A model generated the notes under the pieces. That model worked only from the letters and a program-made list of their open reading frames with translations. It ran no database searches and was not told the origin of the DNA. Positions 13,263 to 25,792 of a stretch of 64,000 bases of DNA are shown here, piece after piece. Both the position numbers and the translations under genes were made by a program. The DNA is from Takakia lepidozioides (lineage: Eukaryota > Plantae > Bryophyta), in assembly GCA_030704615.1 (NCBI GenBank), contig CM060731.1, forward strand, positions 80,042,001 through 80,106,000. The letters are read 5' to 3'. Position 1 is the stretch's first letter. Every line of letters begins with the position of its first letter.

Positions 13263-13700
13263 TGTGCGACCCCCCATAAGCGGTCACACCTAAAAACAAA
13301 AAACAAAAAGTCTGCGACCACCATCGGCTGGTGGTCGCACCCATTTAAAAAATAATTAAAAATGTGCGACCATCCCCTGCTGGTGGTCGCACCCATTTAA
13401 AAAATAATTAAAAATGTGCGACCATCCTCTGCTGGTGGTCGCACCTATTTAAAAAAAATGAAAAAATTGCGACCACCACCTGCTGGTGGTCGCACCCAAT
13501 TTAAAAAATAGAAAAAATGTGCGACCACCCTCTGTTTGTGGTCGCACCTATTAAAAAAAATGAAAATGCTGCGACCACCACCTGCTAGTGGTCGCACCCA
13601 TTTAAAAAATAAGAAAAAATATGCGACCACCCCCTTCTGGTGGTCGCACCTATTTTAAAAAAATAAAAATTTGTCCGACCAACCTTTGCTGACGGTCGCA
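13263..13700. repeat. Palindrome array 1: 9 units of TGCGACCACC-N7-GGTGGTCGCA with A-tract spacers, period ~51-52 bp
   Basis: Units start near 13265, 13313, 13365, 13417, 13468, 13520, 13570, 13622 and 13674. Confidence 0.95.
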
Positions 13701-13932
13701 TGATTGACAATATAAATCATAATACATGAATTTTACAGATAATTAATGAAGTCCACGTAATGAGGCCACATCGGTTGCCACGTCGGTTCTCATAGTAAAT
13801 AGTCAATAGTAAAGTAAAAAAATAAACATATTTATGTACAGTAACGTTGGTTTAGGACGTGACGTGATGCACGTCCGTCGTTGACGTCGGACGTGACGCT
13901 GACGCGTCAACGCCACATCATTTGCAGCTAGG

Positions 13933-13968
13933 CGTGAAGGGGAGCTTACCGAAGTGAGGTGCGCGACA
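13933..13968 (+). mobile_element. 36-bp terminal stub of the chromovirus LTR whose remainder starts at 26528
   Basis: CGTGAAGGGGAGCTTACCGAAGTGAGGTGCGCGACA matches the LTR 3' terminus seen at 36540-36574. It shares the TTCACG variant with the 26528 copy; the other copies read TTCAAG. Confidence 0.92.
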
Positions 13969-14400
13969 TAATCAATAGCCACTCCTATGTAGCTATTGCC
14001 CTTGGTCGTAGTTTTGAGAGGTCCGACAAGGTCTAAGCCAACCCTTGTAAACATCTCTGTTACAGGGATTGGTTGAAGTTTAAGAAGAGCCACGGTTCTA
14101 GGCAGCAGGGGTTTTGGACTTGCATGGAACACACTTAGCAATAAAATCCTGAACATCCTTGGTTAGGCCTTTCCAGTGGTACTTTTCTTGAAGCCGCTTC
14201 ACAGTTTTCTCAACTCCAAAATGGCCAGCATAAAGAGAACAATGATACAGTTCAAGCAATGAAGGGACATAGCTCCTTGTAGGGATCTCCACGACACTCT
14301 CCTGCCCTTGAAGACAAACCACCTTGAGCAACTTACCTTCATACTCCCGGTGGGTAGGGAGATGATAGTTGACTTGCCTTTTAGTGTAAGAGGAGAGGCC
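13969..14400 (-). pseudogene. Ty3/Gypsy-type integrase fragment (HHCC zinc finger plus start of core), interrupted by the LTR
   Basis: YHCSLYAGHFGVEKTVKRLQEKYHWKGLTKDVQDFIAKCVPCK, then FTRVGLDLVGPLKTTTKGNSYIGVAIDY, cut off at the LTR terminus. Confidence 0.85.
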
Positions 14401-15364
14401 CTTAGATGTGTGCCTGTGCTACACCTCTGGAGAAGGGCTTGATGAAGGTGATTGTCCATGGCTGCTGATGTAGCAAGTGCGACAGTTTTCTCCTGCCACA
14501 TCTGCCAAGTCCGCATCGTTTGTGGGAGCTGGTGAAGGGTGGTAGCTCTAGAGGGACGTGCAGGCCGCAATTTTGATTCCTAGTCCTTGATACAGTAGCC
14601 ACTAATGAAGCGATGCTTGTGTAGCATGTAAACACCCTCGCCCAAGAAGTGTCAGAGCTCCTCGTCCACCTTGAGCCAAAAGCCCACTCGGATAACGGAG
14701 CGGATGAGCTTCTCATTGGCCAGCAGAGTGTGCACCTGATAGTCAATAACGGAAAATCCAGGCAAGTAGTATCTTATATGCTCTTGTCTAAAAACAGCTG
14801 CAGGAAAGATCAAGACGTCATTGACGGTGTGAGGGAAACGGGAGACAGGGATTCCCGCAACATGATCATCCCAAGTTATGTCCACATTGTGTTCTGGCCG
14901 CCAGGGGCCGTTGCACAATTGTCGGAGTTAACTTGACTCAGGTTCGCGTAGTTAGCTATGCAGAGGCTTGAGATGCCCTTCCTACGATTCTGACTCATCC
15001 AAGCATTTACACATCCATCACACCGTGCACAGAGAGCACGCTTTTCCAATGAACATCAGCCGTCTTAAGCACCGTGCTGATCCCTTTTATAAACGAGGGT
15101 TCATGATCTTATCCAACAGAATGTCCAGTCTTGATTGGCTGCTTGGATTTCAGCCAGGTGCCCATCCAACGGGGATGCCACCTCTTCTAGCTTAGAGATA
15201 AAGTAGCTGTTAGCATAAGGCACTTCCTGTTTATAAATAGAACTGCCAGTGGGGTTCATCCATACTTTCCCCAATGGCCATCATCCACCCTTTCATCGTT
15301 CACTCATTCAGATGTTGAGAAAGCAGGTGGAGGGAATCTGGCCATTACATAGTGTTGTAAGGTA

Positions 15365-15781
15365 TCAATATATGAAGCGAGACGTTTGTTTTGTTTTGTT
15401 TTGTTGGCTCTGTCCCTTCAGGGCAGAGACTTTGCATCATGTTGAAGTCAATGGAAATGTGGTCAATGGACCTTACACCGTTGGTTTAAAAAAACTTTTA
15501 AGTACAACACATGGCAGCTTGTCAAAATTGTTGCTTCAATGGACAGAGCCTCTCGCGGTTTGCGGCTTGTTTTGTTTTGTTTTGTTTTGTTTGTAGCGTC
15601 GTTGGGATCTCCCAAGCCACGGGGCCCTAGCCCCGGTGCTTGGTGCCCTTGGAAAGCCTTCGATGAGGAGGGGTGCACCGGCTTGGTCTCATGATTTTGG
15701 GCCCCGCGGTGTGGGAGATATGGAATTTCAAGTATTTTGGCCGATCGATGAAATTCGGGAAAAATAGCAAAGTGGCCTTTC
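15365..15781 (+). mobile_element. Helitron-like 5' fragment, same family as 7051-7648
   Basis: A|TCAATATATGAAG start, (GTTTT)n tracts, and GGGATCTCCCAAGCC...GTGTGGGAGATATGGAATTTCAAGTATTTT, which is a diverged reverse complement of 7450-7648. No 3' CTAG end. Confidence 0.55.
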
Positions 15782-18145
15782 ATCAATTGATTTTACATTG
15801 CTTTGAAGCTTTGCAAGTGGAGTGTCTCGATCAGCACATGCCCTCCTACAAGTACCGGAGAAGGATGACGTGAATAAAAAAATGGTTGAAAGGGGGTGAA
15901 CCAATCATTCCGCTATCAAATGATTTTATATTGCTTTGGATGTCATTGCTTTGGTAATCTAAGCCCCCCAATGGCCCCTTGTAGCCCTTGAATTACAATT
16001 CAAAATGCAATTCAAGCCCTTAAAATTGGTACTGCCAGTCCCTAAAATGACCAACCCCGGCCGCCCCTCAATTGTAATTTGAGCCCTGAAATTGTCAATT
16101 CAAACCCCTCAAATTGCACTTCTAGCCCCTGAAATGACTATTCCCGCCCCTCAAATTGCAACTGTAGCCTGTGAAATGGCAATTGCTAGTGCAGCCCCTG
16201 AAATGGCAATTGAAGCCCCTAGAATGGCAGTTTCAGCCCATCATATGCAAGTCCAGCCCCTCAAATTGGTAATTCGAACCCCATAAATGGCAATTTCAGC
16301 CCCTGAAATTGGCTATGGGTGAACCAATTATTCCCTGCCCAATGATTTTGATTCATTTGAAACTTTGCGAGTGTCTTGTACATGCCCTCTTAAAGTTATT
16401 GGACAAGTATGAAGTCAATGTTAAATGGTTCAAAGGGTAAACCAACAGTTCCCCTGTTGGATGATTCATGATTAATCATTAATGATTGATCTCATATTAC
16501 ACTAGGACCTATCAGAGGGTACATTGAACACACTGGCCAAGTCTCAAAGCGAACGAAAATCATTTGGATGGGGCAACCATCCGTCGGCCCATTGATATTT
16601 TCGGATTTCGGTGATCTCATATTACGTCTGGGACCTCTTCCATGGCACATTGACATACTGGCCAGTCTCTCAAGCGAACCAACATCATCTGGCGATGGCA
16701 ACCATCCGTTGAGCCATTGAATGAATTTTGCTTGATCTGATATTAGTCCGGACCTGTGAGAGGGGTCTCGAACTCGAGTACAGGCGTGTGCAAACGTACT
16801 GCTTGGAAGCAAACAAAAATGATTTGGAGAGCAACCATCCGTTCACCCGTTGAATGTATTTTCGCTGGATCTGCTATTGCTTTGGGGCCTGTTGGACTGT
16901 GTTTCGCGTGCTCACGATTTTTTTTTCGTTCGGTTTTGAATGGGGCGTGTAATGGTTGTAATGTAGCCATATGCAACGTGTGCGTGCCAAAATTGGGAAC
17001 GAACATAATTCATTGGACCCAAAACCACAGTCTTCTCCCTGTTTTGCACTCCAAAATTGATTGTGTTCAACTTCATGCCTTCTTCATGAGAGAGTTCTGC
17101 AAATAGTGAGTGCAGAGAACACTTTTTTTTTTGGGGCATTTTTTATTGGTCCAATTTTGGCGGGGGAGTAGTGGTGGGATGGCTTGAAGCCGCCCCAGAA
17201 CAAAATTGAGCCAAAAACAAAATCGATACGTGCCAGAAACCCCAATGAAAGGCAGTGCAAACCTATTTATTGCTTTAAATTAATTTAAATTCAATTACAT
17301 TATGGAATGGCTTGGTGTCGATGGGGAGTTTATTCGTCTGTTGTGTCTCCGCAATGTGTCGCACACACGTTCAAGCACATGCGGGCAAAAGAGGGGCTTC
17401 AACCACATCCGTTCAATGGGTGCAATCCGTGCACGCATATCAGGATTTTTTTTTCGCAATGAACAAAAACCAGATGACAACTGAACGCCTCATTGGCCCA
17501 TTGAATGAATTTTGATTGATCTCATATTACACTGGGACCTATCAGAGGGTACATTGAACACACTGGCCAAGTCTCAAAGCGAACGAAAATCATTTGGATG
17601 GGCAAACCATCCGTCGGCCCATTGAACGAAGTTCGATTGATCTCATATTACTCTGGGGCCTCTTCCATGGTACATTGAAGATACTGGCCAAGTCTCAAAG
17701 CGAACCAAAATCATTGGAGGCAAATGATTTATGCGTCTGTTCATTTATTTGTGATTAATCGTTTAATGGGAAAAGGATAAACCAAAGGTTCATTGATAAA
17801 AAAAAATTGACTGATTTGAAATTTTGTGCGTATGTACTACATGCCTCTTACATGGACCGGAGAAGTATGAGATCAATAAAAAAATGGTTCACAGGAGGAA
17901 TCAATGGTTACTTGATGTGCCAATTTCTGAATGCTTTCAAACTTTGCCATTGCCTTGTACATGCCATCTAAGGTACCAGACAAGTATGAGTTCGATTTAA
18001 AATATTGCAATGGGTGAAACCAATGGTATCTTCATTTAGCAATTTTTGATTGTTTTGAAACTTTGCCAGTATATTGTACATGCCGTCAAACAGGTACCGA
18101 ACAAGTATGAGGTCATTCAAAAATGGTTCAAAGGATGAACTCGTA
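15781..18145. repeat. Composite internal minisatellite region
   Basis: ~120-bp units (GAAACTTTGC...GTACATGCC...AAATGGTT...GGTGAACCAAT) at 15790-15940, 16310-16470 and 17810-18145. ~122-bp units (GATCTCATATTAC...CTGGCCAAGTCTCAAAGCGAAC...CCATCCG) at 16487-16870 and 17517-17720. ~21-bp GCCCCTGAAATGGCAATT units at 15960-16310. 17010-17290 is a diverged inverted copy of 10510-10800. Confidence 0.8.
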
Positions 18146-18246
18146 TTTCCAAAAATTACGTAGACTATACAGTGGGTTGCACATTAATTTCGCAACCTGA
18201 GACCTTGGCCTACTCCCTACGTTTCTAGTCTTTCTAGTCATCTTCA

Positions 18247-20890
18247 TCTAGATTTTTACTTCGTTGTCGTCATCTCCAGATGTTGATGAAGATGCTCCGG
18301 GTGTAGAGGCGTGCCTCCATTAGTACGGATAGCTCGAACCTGGGCTCGAGTGGTCAAAGAGGGACCCAGTGTTGTGTGGTCCACCCTTGCCATCATGCGT
18401 AGCGTTCTAGGCGAGTGCTGACTAATCCGTCACATTTCCAGAGCCGGGTTGTGTCGCTCTTGCTACGGCGATAGACAATTTTTCAATTAAATCCGATATG
18501 TTTGGAAGTTGCAAAGAACACCCCTGGAATAAGGCAACTTGGTCACGCCATGTGTTCTGCAATATTTTTCCACACTCGTGATGACAGCCTTGAAATTGTC
18601 CAACACCTCCTCCTGCTGGGTGTCTCTGCGCAACTATCTGGAAGAAATGGCCCATCATCCCGACGAGGCATCCAGTACGTCTCATTCATATTCTCCCAAC
18701 GGATGATAGAGGCCTCCAACTCCCGCAGAAATAGGTCTCTCCCAATCGGTTCGCGATTGATGGGTCGTTTTTCCGCCGGCACCCACGGATCCTCAGGCAG
18801 TCGGAAGAATCTTTGTCTGGTTACAGCTCCAATGCCCTCCCAAGTTCCGGAAAAAAAGCTCCATTTGGACTAGGGTCTCGTATGCCTCTAGCACGCACAG
18901 TTATTTCATAGTTGGATGTCACCAAATAAGGTCACTAGATTTTCAACACTAGTTAAGTCTTCGCATCCAAGGGTGCATCTCTTTGGAGCATCCCATGTCA
19001 TGTCTCCCCCCAGTGCTGCCAATTTAAAAAATCGTAAGCGATACATCCAATGGCATGTTTGTACCAGTTGTACTCGTATCCCGTGGGCATATTGTCTTGC
19101 AACCCAACAACTCGTAGAAACGTCGATGGATGGTCCACGACAGTCAGGGCATTGGCTGGCCTCGCATGGCTACCGATATGAGACATGGGGGATGGAACAA
19201 ATGGCCACATGAACCAAGCATATAGCCTCCCTCCAGTCCATAAGGGTTGAGGTACATTGTGCATACCGTACCATCTGTTACCCATGATGCTGGATTGCTC
19301 TGTGGTATCCACATCAGTTTATCCTTATTATGTAGGCGACATCCTCGGCCTGTTGTCCACTCCTATATACTTCCAAATCCCAGTTTATGCTGTTATTGGT
19401 ATCGGAAATTGTATGCACACAGTGGCTCAACATGACATATGCACAGCACCCCATGTGAATGAATCCAGTGTACTTCGACGTAATACATCACAGCAACAGT
19501 GTCGTGCCTTTGCAAATTAGCATAGATGCTATCTACGCTTCGATTCGACAAACGTGCTGCACGTTGGAGGGAGGACAACGTTTCTTCTATCCGTGTTTTC
19601 TGCGATGCTAGATGGCCCGCCCATGTCACCCAATTCTGCCAATTCCACTTCAAACCATGGTCACGATCGGATTTGCATGGCACTTGTAACCGATATGCAA
19701 CAGCCCTACGCTGCTCGCGTTCCCCCACAAGCTGCGTCTAATTCAGGGTCTTCTTTTTTATTGGGCCGATGTACTGCTTAATTTGCACGGCTGAACATTA
19801 CTCCAGTTTCCACTTCTGGTCCGGTCCTCCCCTTTCTTGCCCTCTCCAGCTACAAGCTCTTTCTTCCTCAACCCTCGCCGCGGTCCGATGCTTTCAGACG
19901 ATCTTAACATTCAGATTCATTCCATGCAACCGATTGATGTAGATCACCTCGGAGTCGAATGACGCGGTCCAATGTCCATTTTGGTGGCCGATATTCAAAC
20001 GCGCCATATGTCTTGCTCGTTGGGTGATTGTGCCTCGGGTCCTGAAGCCAACACCACGGCGTCCCGCTGTTCGAGAGTCCCCAACCTATATTCCTTCCAA
20101 CACAATTTGCCTAGTTGCCACCGTTGCAATATGAATAATGTCCTGATGTCATTGATGTGCTATTCATGTGCCGGCCAACTGTTCTCAACGGAGGCATAAC
20201 ACTCACCCCCCTCCACCTCAGCGTTGAAGGTCCGGCGCGAACCAGACTGTTGCGGCGTATAATCTGGAGTGGTCTGCATTCTCACTTTACTCCACATCAG
20301 TCGCTTTCCCATCCGAGCGATTTATAATTTCGGCCCTTTCTCCTTCTTCCACCTCGTCGTTTCCATCGAACCGTATGATATGATGGCTGCCCCCTGACGT
20401 ATATACAAGTTTGGATATCAGAGAACATGTATAGTCTAGTACGTTGTCTCGCAGGCTCAGAGACAAGTTTGTCAATCCAATGGTGGCAATTAAAATCAAC
20501 TCTGTGTACAACATGGCCGCAAATAAAACGGGACATTGTTGTTGACGAGCGGTTTGACCCCACATGGTGTATGGATTACCTCCTCTGCCTGTGCGGAAAT
20601 GCGGGGTTGGCGCATGAATGCAAGCTAGATTGATTTTGTGGTTTGTGGATCATGCCTATCTCTGGGTCACAAAACGATTTATGTGACACCATTCCACAAA
20701 TTTCCTACAGTCACCAAAAGACCACCGCTTGCCCAAATTCCAACTTCCCAACCTGGTTACGCAAGAATGTTGGGGTCATTGTATATTCCCAACGAAGTTC
20801 GCGCCTGACACCTTTGGGTTTTTTTTTTGGAGGTCCAGGTTCATTATCGTTATCCTGGGATGATCTCCTCTGTCTTTCCTCCTCCGCCAT
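18247..20890 (-). pseudogene. Degraded RING-H2 finger (putative E3 ligase) gene, TE cargo
   Basis: 19263-19135 translates CTMY(TGC>TAC)LNPYGLEGGYMLGSCGHLFHPPCLISVAMR-frameshift-QCPDCR. N-terminus MAEEERQRR...PPKKKPK (ATG 20890, NLS-like). Coiled-coil-like stretch SQKTRIEETLSSLQRAAR; acidic end SSTSGDDDNEVKI*. Many stops and frameshifts; this domain is not in the ORF track. Confidence 0.7.
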
Positions 20891-21249
20891 TTATGGCTTG
20901 GCTTACCCCTACTCGACAGGGGTTTGCTAAGAAAAATGTTCTCCCAACCTTCCAACTGTACCTAATCCTACTCCCTGATGAATCCTCCCCAAGTACTAGA
21001 GGCACGTGTCACTCCCTCGGCGTTCTAAGTGATATGCCGCAATGTGCAATGAAAAAAACGTGTGGGTGCTAGAGGAGGGCTTCCCGGGAGGGTACTCAGC
21101 ATCGATTTCGTAGAATCCAAACGGCCCAGAATACCCCCACCCAACCAATAGCACCCCTCCCAATTGGACTCAATGACAAGGAATGCAACCATCCCATCGC
21201 CCACCAGTCCTGGTGTGGAGAAAAGTGAGGGAAAGAATGGCCTCCAAGG

Positions 21250-21258
21250 CCTTATAAA
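21250..21258 (-). promoter_or_regulatory. TATA-like box of RING gene
   Basis: TTTATAAGG on the minus strand, ~60 bp from array 2, in the same position as for the kinase and transposase genes. Confidence 0.45.
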
Positions 21259-21317
21259 GCCCCCCTTCTACACTCAGGGGCGTGCCTTGTCATCCTGACT
21301 GCGCAATGCTATTAATA

Positions 21318-21755
21318 GCTGCGACCGCCAGCAGGGGTGGGTCGCATTATTTTTTCTTTTTTTATTATGTGCGACCACCAGCAGGGGGTGGTCGCAAAAA
21401 AAATATTTTTTAATAGGTGCGACACTAGCAGGGGGGTGGTCGCAGATTTGTTTATGTTTTTAATGGGTGCGACCACCAGGGGGGTGTCGCATTTTTTTTT
21501 ATTTTTTTAATGGGTGCGACCACCAGAAGGGGTGGTCGCAGATTTTTTTGTTTTTTAATGGGTGCGACTACAGCAAGGGGGGTGGTCGCAATTTTTTTTT
21601 TTTTTTTATAGGCGCGACCACCAGCAGAGGGGTAGTCGCAGAATTTTGTTTAAAACAATAGGTGCGACCACCACATCCTGGTGTCGCACTATTTTCCCTT
21701 TTCTTTAATAGATTGCGACCACCAGCAGGGGGGTGTGTAGGGGGGTGGTCGCATA
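21318..21755. repeat. Palindrome array 2: ~9 units, opposite polarity (CAGCAGGG loop, T-tract spacers), period ~49-50 bp, with outliers to ~22090
   Basis: Units near 21320, 21370, 21418, 21468, 21515, 21563, 21612, 21663 and 21714. Confidence 0.95.
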
Positions 21756-22458
21756 ATATTTCCGATTTTTTAATATCTACCAACAGTCCGTAGGATCAGT
21801 TGGTTAAGTGCACTGAGTGCGACCGGACGATTCTGGGGTCAAATGGCTATTTGATAGGTGTGGTATGGTGCCCCATTCCTACGCGTCTTGGGTATAAATG
21901 AAAGAGGTTTAGTCGCTTCCCTAAAACTAAATGGGGCCTGATTGGTGAGCTGTCGCTCCCAGGTGTTTCCCAAAATAAAATAAAATAAAATATGAGACCA
22001 CCAACAGGGGTAATCAGTAACTAGGTGCAAATACCAGCAGGGGGGTGGTCGCAACATTTTTTTATTTTTTTTGTAACAGTTGCGACGACCGATAAGGTTG
22101 TCAACAATTTTTTTTAACATCGGGCCAACCACTTGGAGGTTGGTCCCCTGGCACCTGTAGTATGTTTGGAGAGGCAGATGAAAAAAGCATAGATGACTCC
22201 CCATGGATTTGTGAAGGGGAAGATGAATGTTGGGAGCTGCACCTGGCTTTTGTGGCTTTCGAAACCATAATAGGAAATCAACAATGTAAAGGTAATGACG
22301 AAACACAAACACACGCACAACCACCAAACCCTTTCTTGGGTACACATATTCCACCATTTTTATTTCCGTACACGTATGCATGTACCCAAACTGAAACATG
22401 GATATCCATGGAAACATACTACATATCATGTGACAGGTTACAGAAGTTATAGCTGTAC

Positions 22459-25426
22459 CTAATTCCGTCTGGCACGACGACGATGGTATGATCTCACGTC
22501 TAGTACAAAATCTTCGTCCCTACTCACTTCTCCCCCGTTCCCATGATCAGTGCTAGAATCATGATCTCCATCTGTTCTTTCGTTTCCAGAGGCAACTGGC
22601 CGTTGGACCTGTAGTCGTCCTCAGAGTACGTTCAGTTGTCTCTCTGGTCGATTTCCACTCCTATCATGAATACCATCTAGGGTATCAGGCATGTTCACAG
22701 GTCGGTCACCAACAAAAGGTTGCACAATTCTCTGTCGTTTCTGGGCTTGTCCCGGATTTCGTGGTGGCATTGGAGCAGATCTCGTATGAGGAAAGCTACT
22801 CGCGCGTACATCAGAGGGGCCGACATGAGAAGAAGGGGCATGGGATGGACCAGCGAGGGTCGAGGGAGCACGGTTCACATGCGGACGTCGTCAGGCCAGA
22901 TGAAACGACAATGGCCGGTCGTCGTCATCCGATGGTTCGACTTGCAGAAGTCCCGCAGCAGAAGAACCATTTCCCAGGATCGGAGTAGCGATGGAAAGAA
23001 TTACATGAGGGGGAGAGAGACTAGATGGACCAGCATGGGATGGACCGGCTTGAGAAAGAGAAACATGAGATGGAGCGGGGTGAGATGAAGCACAGTTTAC
23101 AGGGGCACGATGTCGGTGAAGGAATGACAACGGCTGGTTGTCATCATCCGACGATTCGACCTGCACATCTCCCGCAGTCCGTGGAACTCGTGGTGGGGGA
23201 GAATTGACCTCAACTTCATTGTTGAGAGTGTGCTCCACTGGGGGAATGGGGTCTGCAATTGGGATGACACCATGTCACAGTTCATCAACAACAAGGTCAT
23301 CGAATGATGGATGCATTGCAACATCATCGTCATTAAATTCATATGGGTCATGTGGAGGATTGCCCACATCATCGGACCCATCCCAACCGTCGGAGACGGA
23401 GTCCCTCGCGGCGTCAATGTTATCATTGCTGCTAGATTGGACTTCTGAGGCAGATTCTTCAGACAACAGATTCTTCTCGTACCATGCAGATGCGTCACTT
23501 GCTCTCCTCTATCGCAGTAGCCTATAATTCGTGTAGACGTAAACCAATTTGTCAGCCCTGGCAGGATTCAACCTGTTGCGAATCTTGTTGTGAACAAACG
23601 AGTAACTGCTCCAGTTCTGCTCACAGGACGAGGCAGAGCACACTTGAGCAAGAATACGCTTTGCAATGGGAGCTAACGTTCTTCCTCCAGCTCCAATCAG
23701 ATCCCACCATTCATGTTGCAACATATTCATTGCTTTTGGATCCGGCATGTAATGGAAATGATTTTGCCGATCCGAGAAGCACTGGTACTCGGACAACGCT
23801 CGCTCTGCAATGTTCAAGGGCGTAAGTTACATGATGACCCGTACAATCCCGGCTTTGGCATCCACATCGTCTCTCAAATCCGTATTGTCCAGCAAGAATG
23901 GATTCAGCAAGGCCCCCGCATAATGCAAGTCCGTGCGAACCATCCGTTTGCGGTCGTAAAATGCATCCTCGGTCCTTGCCACCAAATCATTGTTCATAGA
24001 CAATGGAGGACGCCTCAAGGATTGCACGTGCTTCTCAAGGTTTTCCAATATCAACCATGTTTTACCCATTATTGGTTGTTTTCCATCAAACTCCCGCAAA
24101 GCAATCAATACCGGCTCCACTATGTACACAAAATTTGTACATTTCGCCCATAAATCGTCGGAGCGAATGATTGCGCGGACCCTCCGATTTTTTCTCAAAG
24201 ACTTGGACTTACGAGAGTCGTGTAAGGTGCCCACATACGCATCCCATTGAGGGTCAATGATCACCTGCTCCAGACCCGCCCTAACAGTCACTAGTCGATC
24301 CACCATCAAAAAGTGTGGCAAAGCGGGTTTCACCCAGGTTCCTAAGGCTGTATTTGGGTTCATGCTTTCTAAACAATGGCAGAGGGATGTGATGTGTACG
24401 AATAAACGTCACAACCGACTTTGCCCTTTTTACTAGTTGTTTCATCCATGATTCTTTTCCCCAATCCTCCAAAAGGAGATCAAAAATATGAGCAGCATAC
24501 CCTTGGTAATATAGATGGGGATATCGTACAATCAAAATATCGGCCATATTAACCATGTTAGATGCATTGTCCGTGCACACTTGGACAATTTTATCAGCTC
24601 CAATTTTATCGATGTAACTCGTCAACAACCCTGCTTGATAACGTGCATCTTTTTTCTCCCCGCTTGTGTGAACGGATCCCAAAAATTATTCCCCCGCAGG
24701 ACAGACCAACATGACATTGAACAGTGGTCGATTAGTAACAGAACTCCAACCGTCCGCACATATAGTGCTTCCATATTTCCGGAGAGAATCACTTGTCTTT
24801 TCATTCACCTTTTGGGTGAGGTCAGACATAGCCTCTTCTAGCAATCCTGTGCGGAGATCGCGATAACTCGGAGGTGTGTATGTGGACTTGGAATCGGACG
24901 TGGCTTTGACAACAGCCACAAACGGAGGAAGCCTCGAGATATTGAACGGAATATTGGCCTCGTAGAAAAATTGGGCCCACTTCTTATCCAGAGTCCTCAT
25001 GTGCTACAAATTTAAGCCTTCTTGCATTGATTGTTGCCTCAATGGTCTGGTCTATACAAGTACTGGCGTACAATCAGGTGTTGCTCCTGACCCACCGGCT
25101 TCTCCACGAACAGTAGACGCCTCACAAGAATCCCCCTGGGTACAACTCTGAGGGACAGTTTGATTCAAACCAGGAGTGTTTGGCTCAGAAGCCGCGGCCA
25201 CATCAAGAGACGGTGGGATATTGCCTCCACATTGGGCAAAGCGGGCTTTCATTCGCATGGAGGCTTTTGGGCACAAACTAACCCCTGCATTCTTCCCATC
25301 TCTGTAGCCGAGGTGATATAACATGCGATTTTTGAGACCCGCCAGCTTCAATGCACAAAGATTGCATTGAACACCATCCTTTTTGTGCGGGTCTATGGTG
25401 AACCAAGGGATCCACTCCTCCCTCAT
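22459..25426 (-). pseudogene. hAT-superfamily transposase (BED finger, DUF659-type DDE core, hAT dimerisation domain, long acidic/Ser-Pro tail), frameshifted
   Basis: VQCNLC...YHL...SLC (BED); FFYEANIPFN; TICADGWS; QVCTDNASNM; YAAHIFDLLLED (CxxH site reads YAAH); TRFAT; LHYAGALLNP; WWDLIG...RILAQVCSASSCEQNWSSYSFVHNKIRNRL. Confidence 0.93.
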
Positions 25427-25736
25427 CCTCACACCCAAAACCCTAACCACAGACTTAAGGTTGAACGAAGAACACTAGTGTACTTGGTAGATTTGTCAAG
25501 AGCAATAAAAGTTAGAACAGAATGCGATGGCCCAACACTACGGCATCAATCCAAGTGGATCAATGCACCATGTAGTATTGTGCTTTTCGACAATTTGTTG
25601 CAGTGGCTCTGGTGGAAGCCACAACAGCAAAAAGTCCGCACCCTCCTCTTGGGCTTACACTCTTGCTGAAGGAATAGAGAACATCCACTCGCCACAAAAG
25701 TGTTTGCCACAAAAGAAGTGAGGGGGATTGGGACCA

Positions 25737-25745
25737 CCTTATATA
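25737..25745 (-). promoter_or_regulatory. TATA box of transposase gene
   Basis: TATATAAGG on the minus strand, ~50 bp from array 3. Confidence 0.55.
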
Positions 25746-25792
25746 CCCTCCAGCCTCCAAGCCTCACACGCTCGACGAATCACATCCAATGC

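Larger units (their letters stand above)
10307..13932 (-). mobile_element. Arm 1 of the large hAT-type cargo element (terminus at 13932, palindrome array, kinase gene, internal minisatellite), inverted relative to arm 2
   Basis: Ends ...TTTGCAGCTAGG at 13932, followed by CGTGAAG (reverse complement of TSD CTTCACG). ACGTC-rich subterminal tract 13855-13920. Same 27-bp palindrome array as arm 2. The ~120-bp repeats at 10307-11200 are reverse complements of those at 15781-18145. Confidence 0.8.

Noticed and set aside
7450-15781. Inverted Helitron-like copies as the recombination substrate for the inversion
   Set aside because: The copies are heavily diverged and no crossover point is visible; not excluded, but unsupported.
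16092-16286. Repetitive ORF (APEMAI-like)
   Set aside because: It is a translation of a ~21-bp minisatellite.
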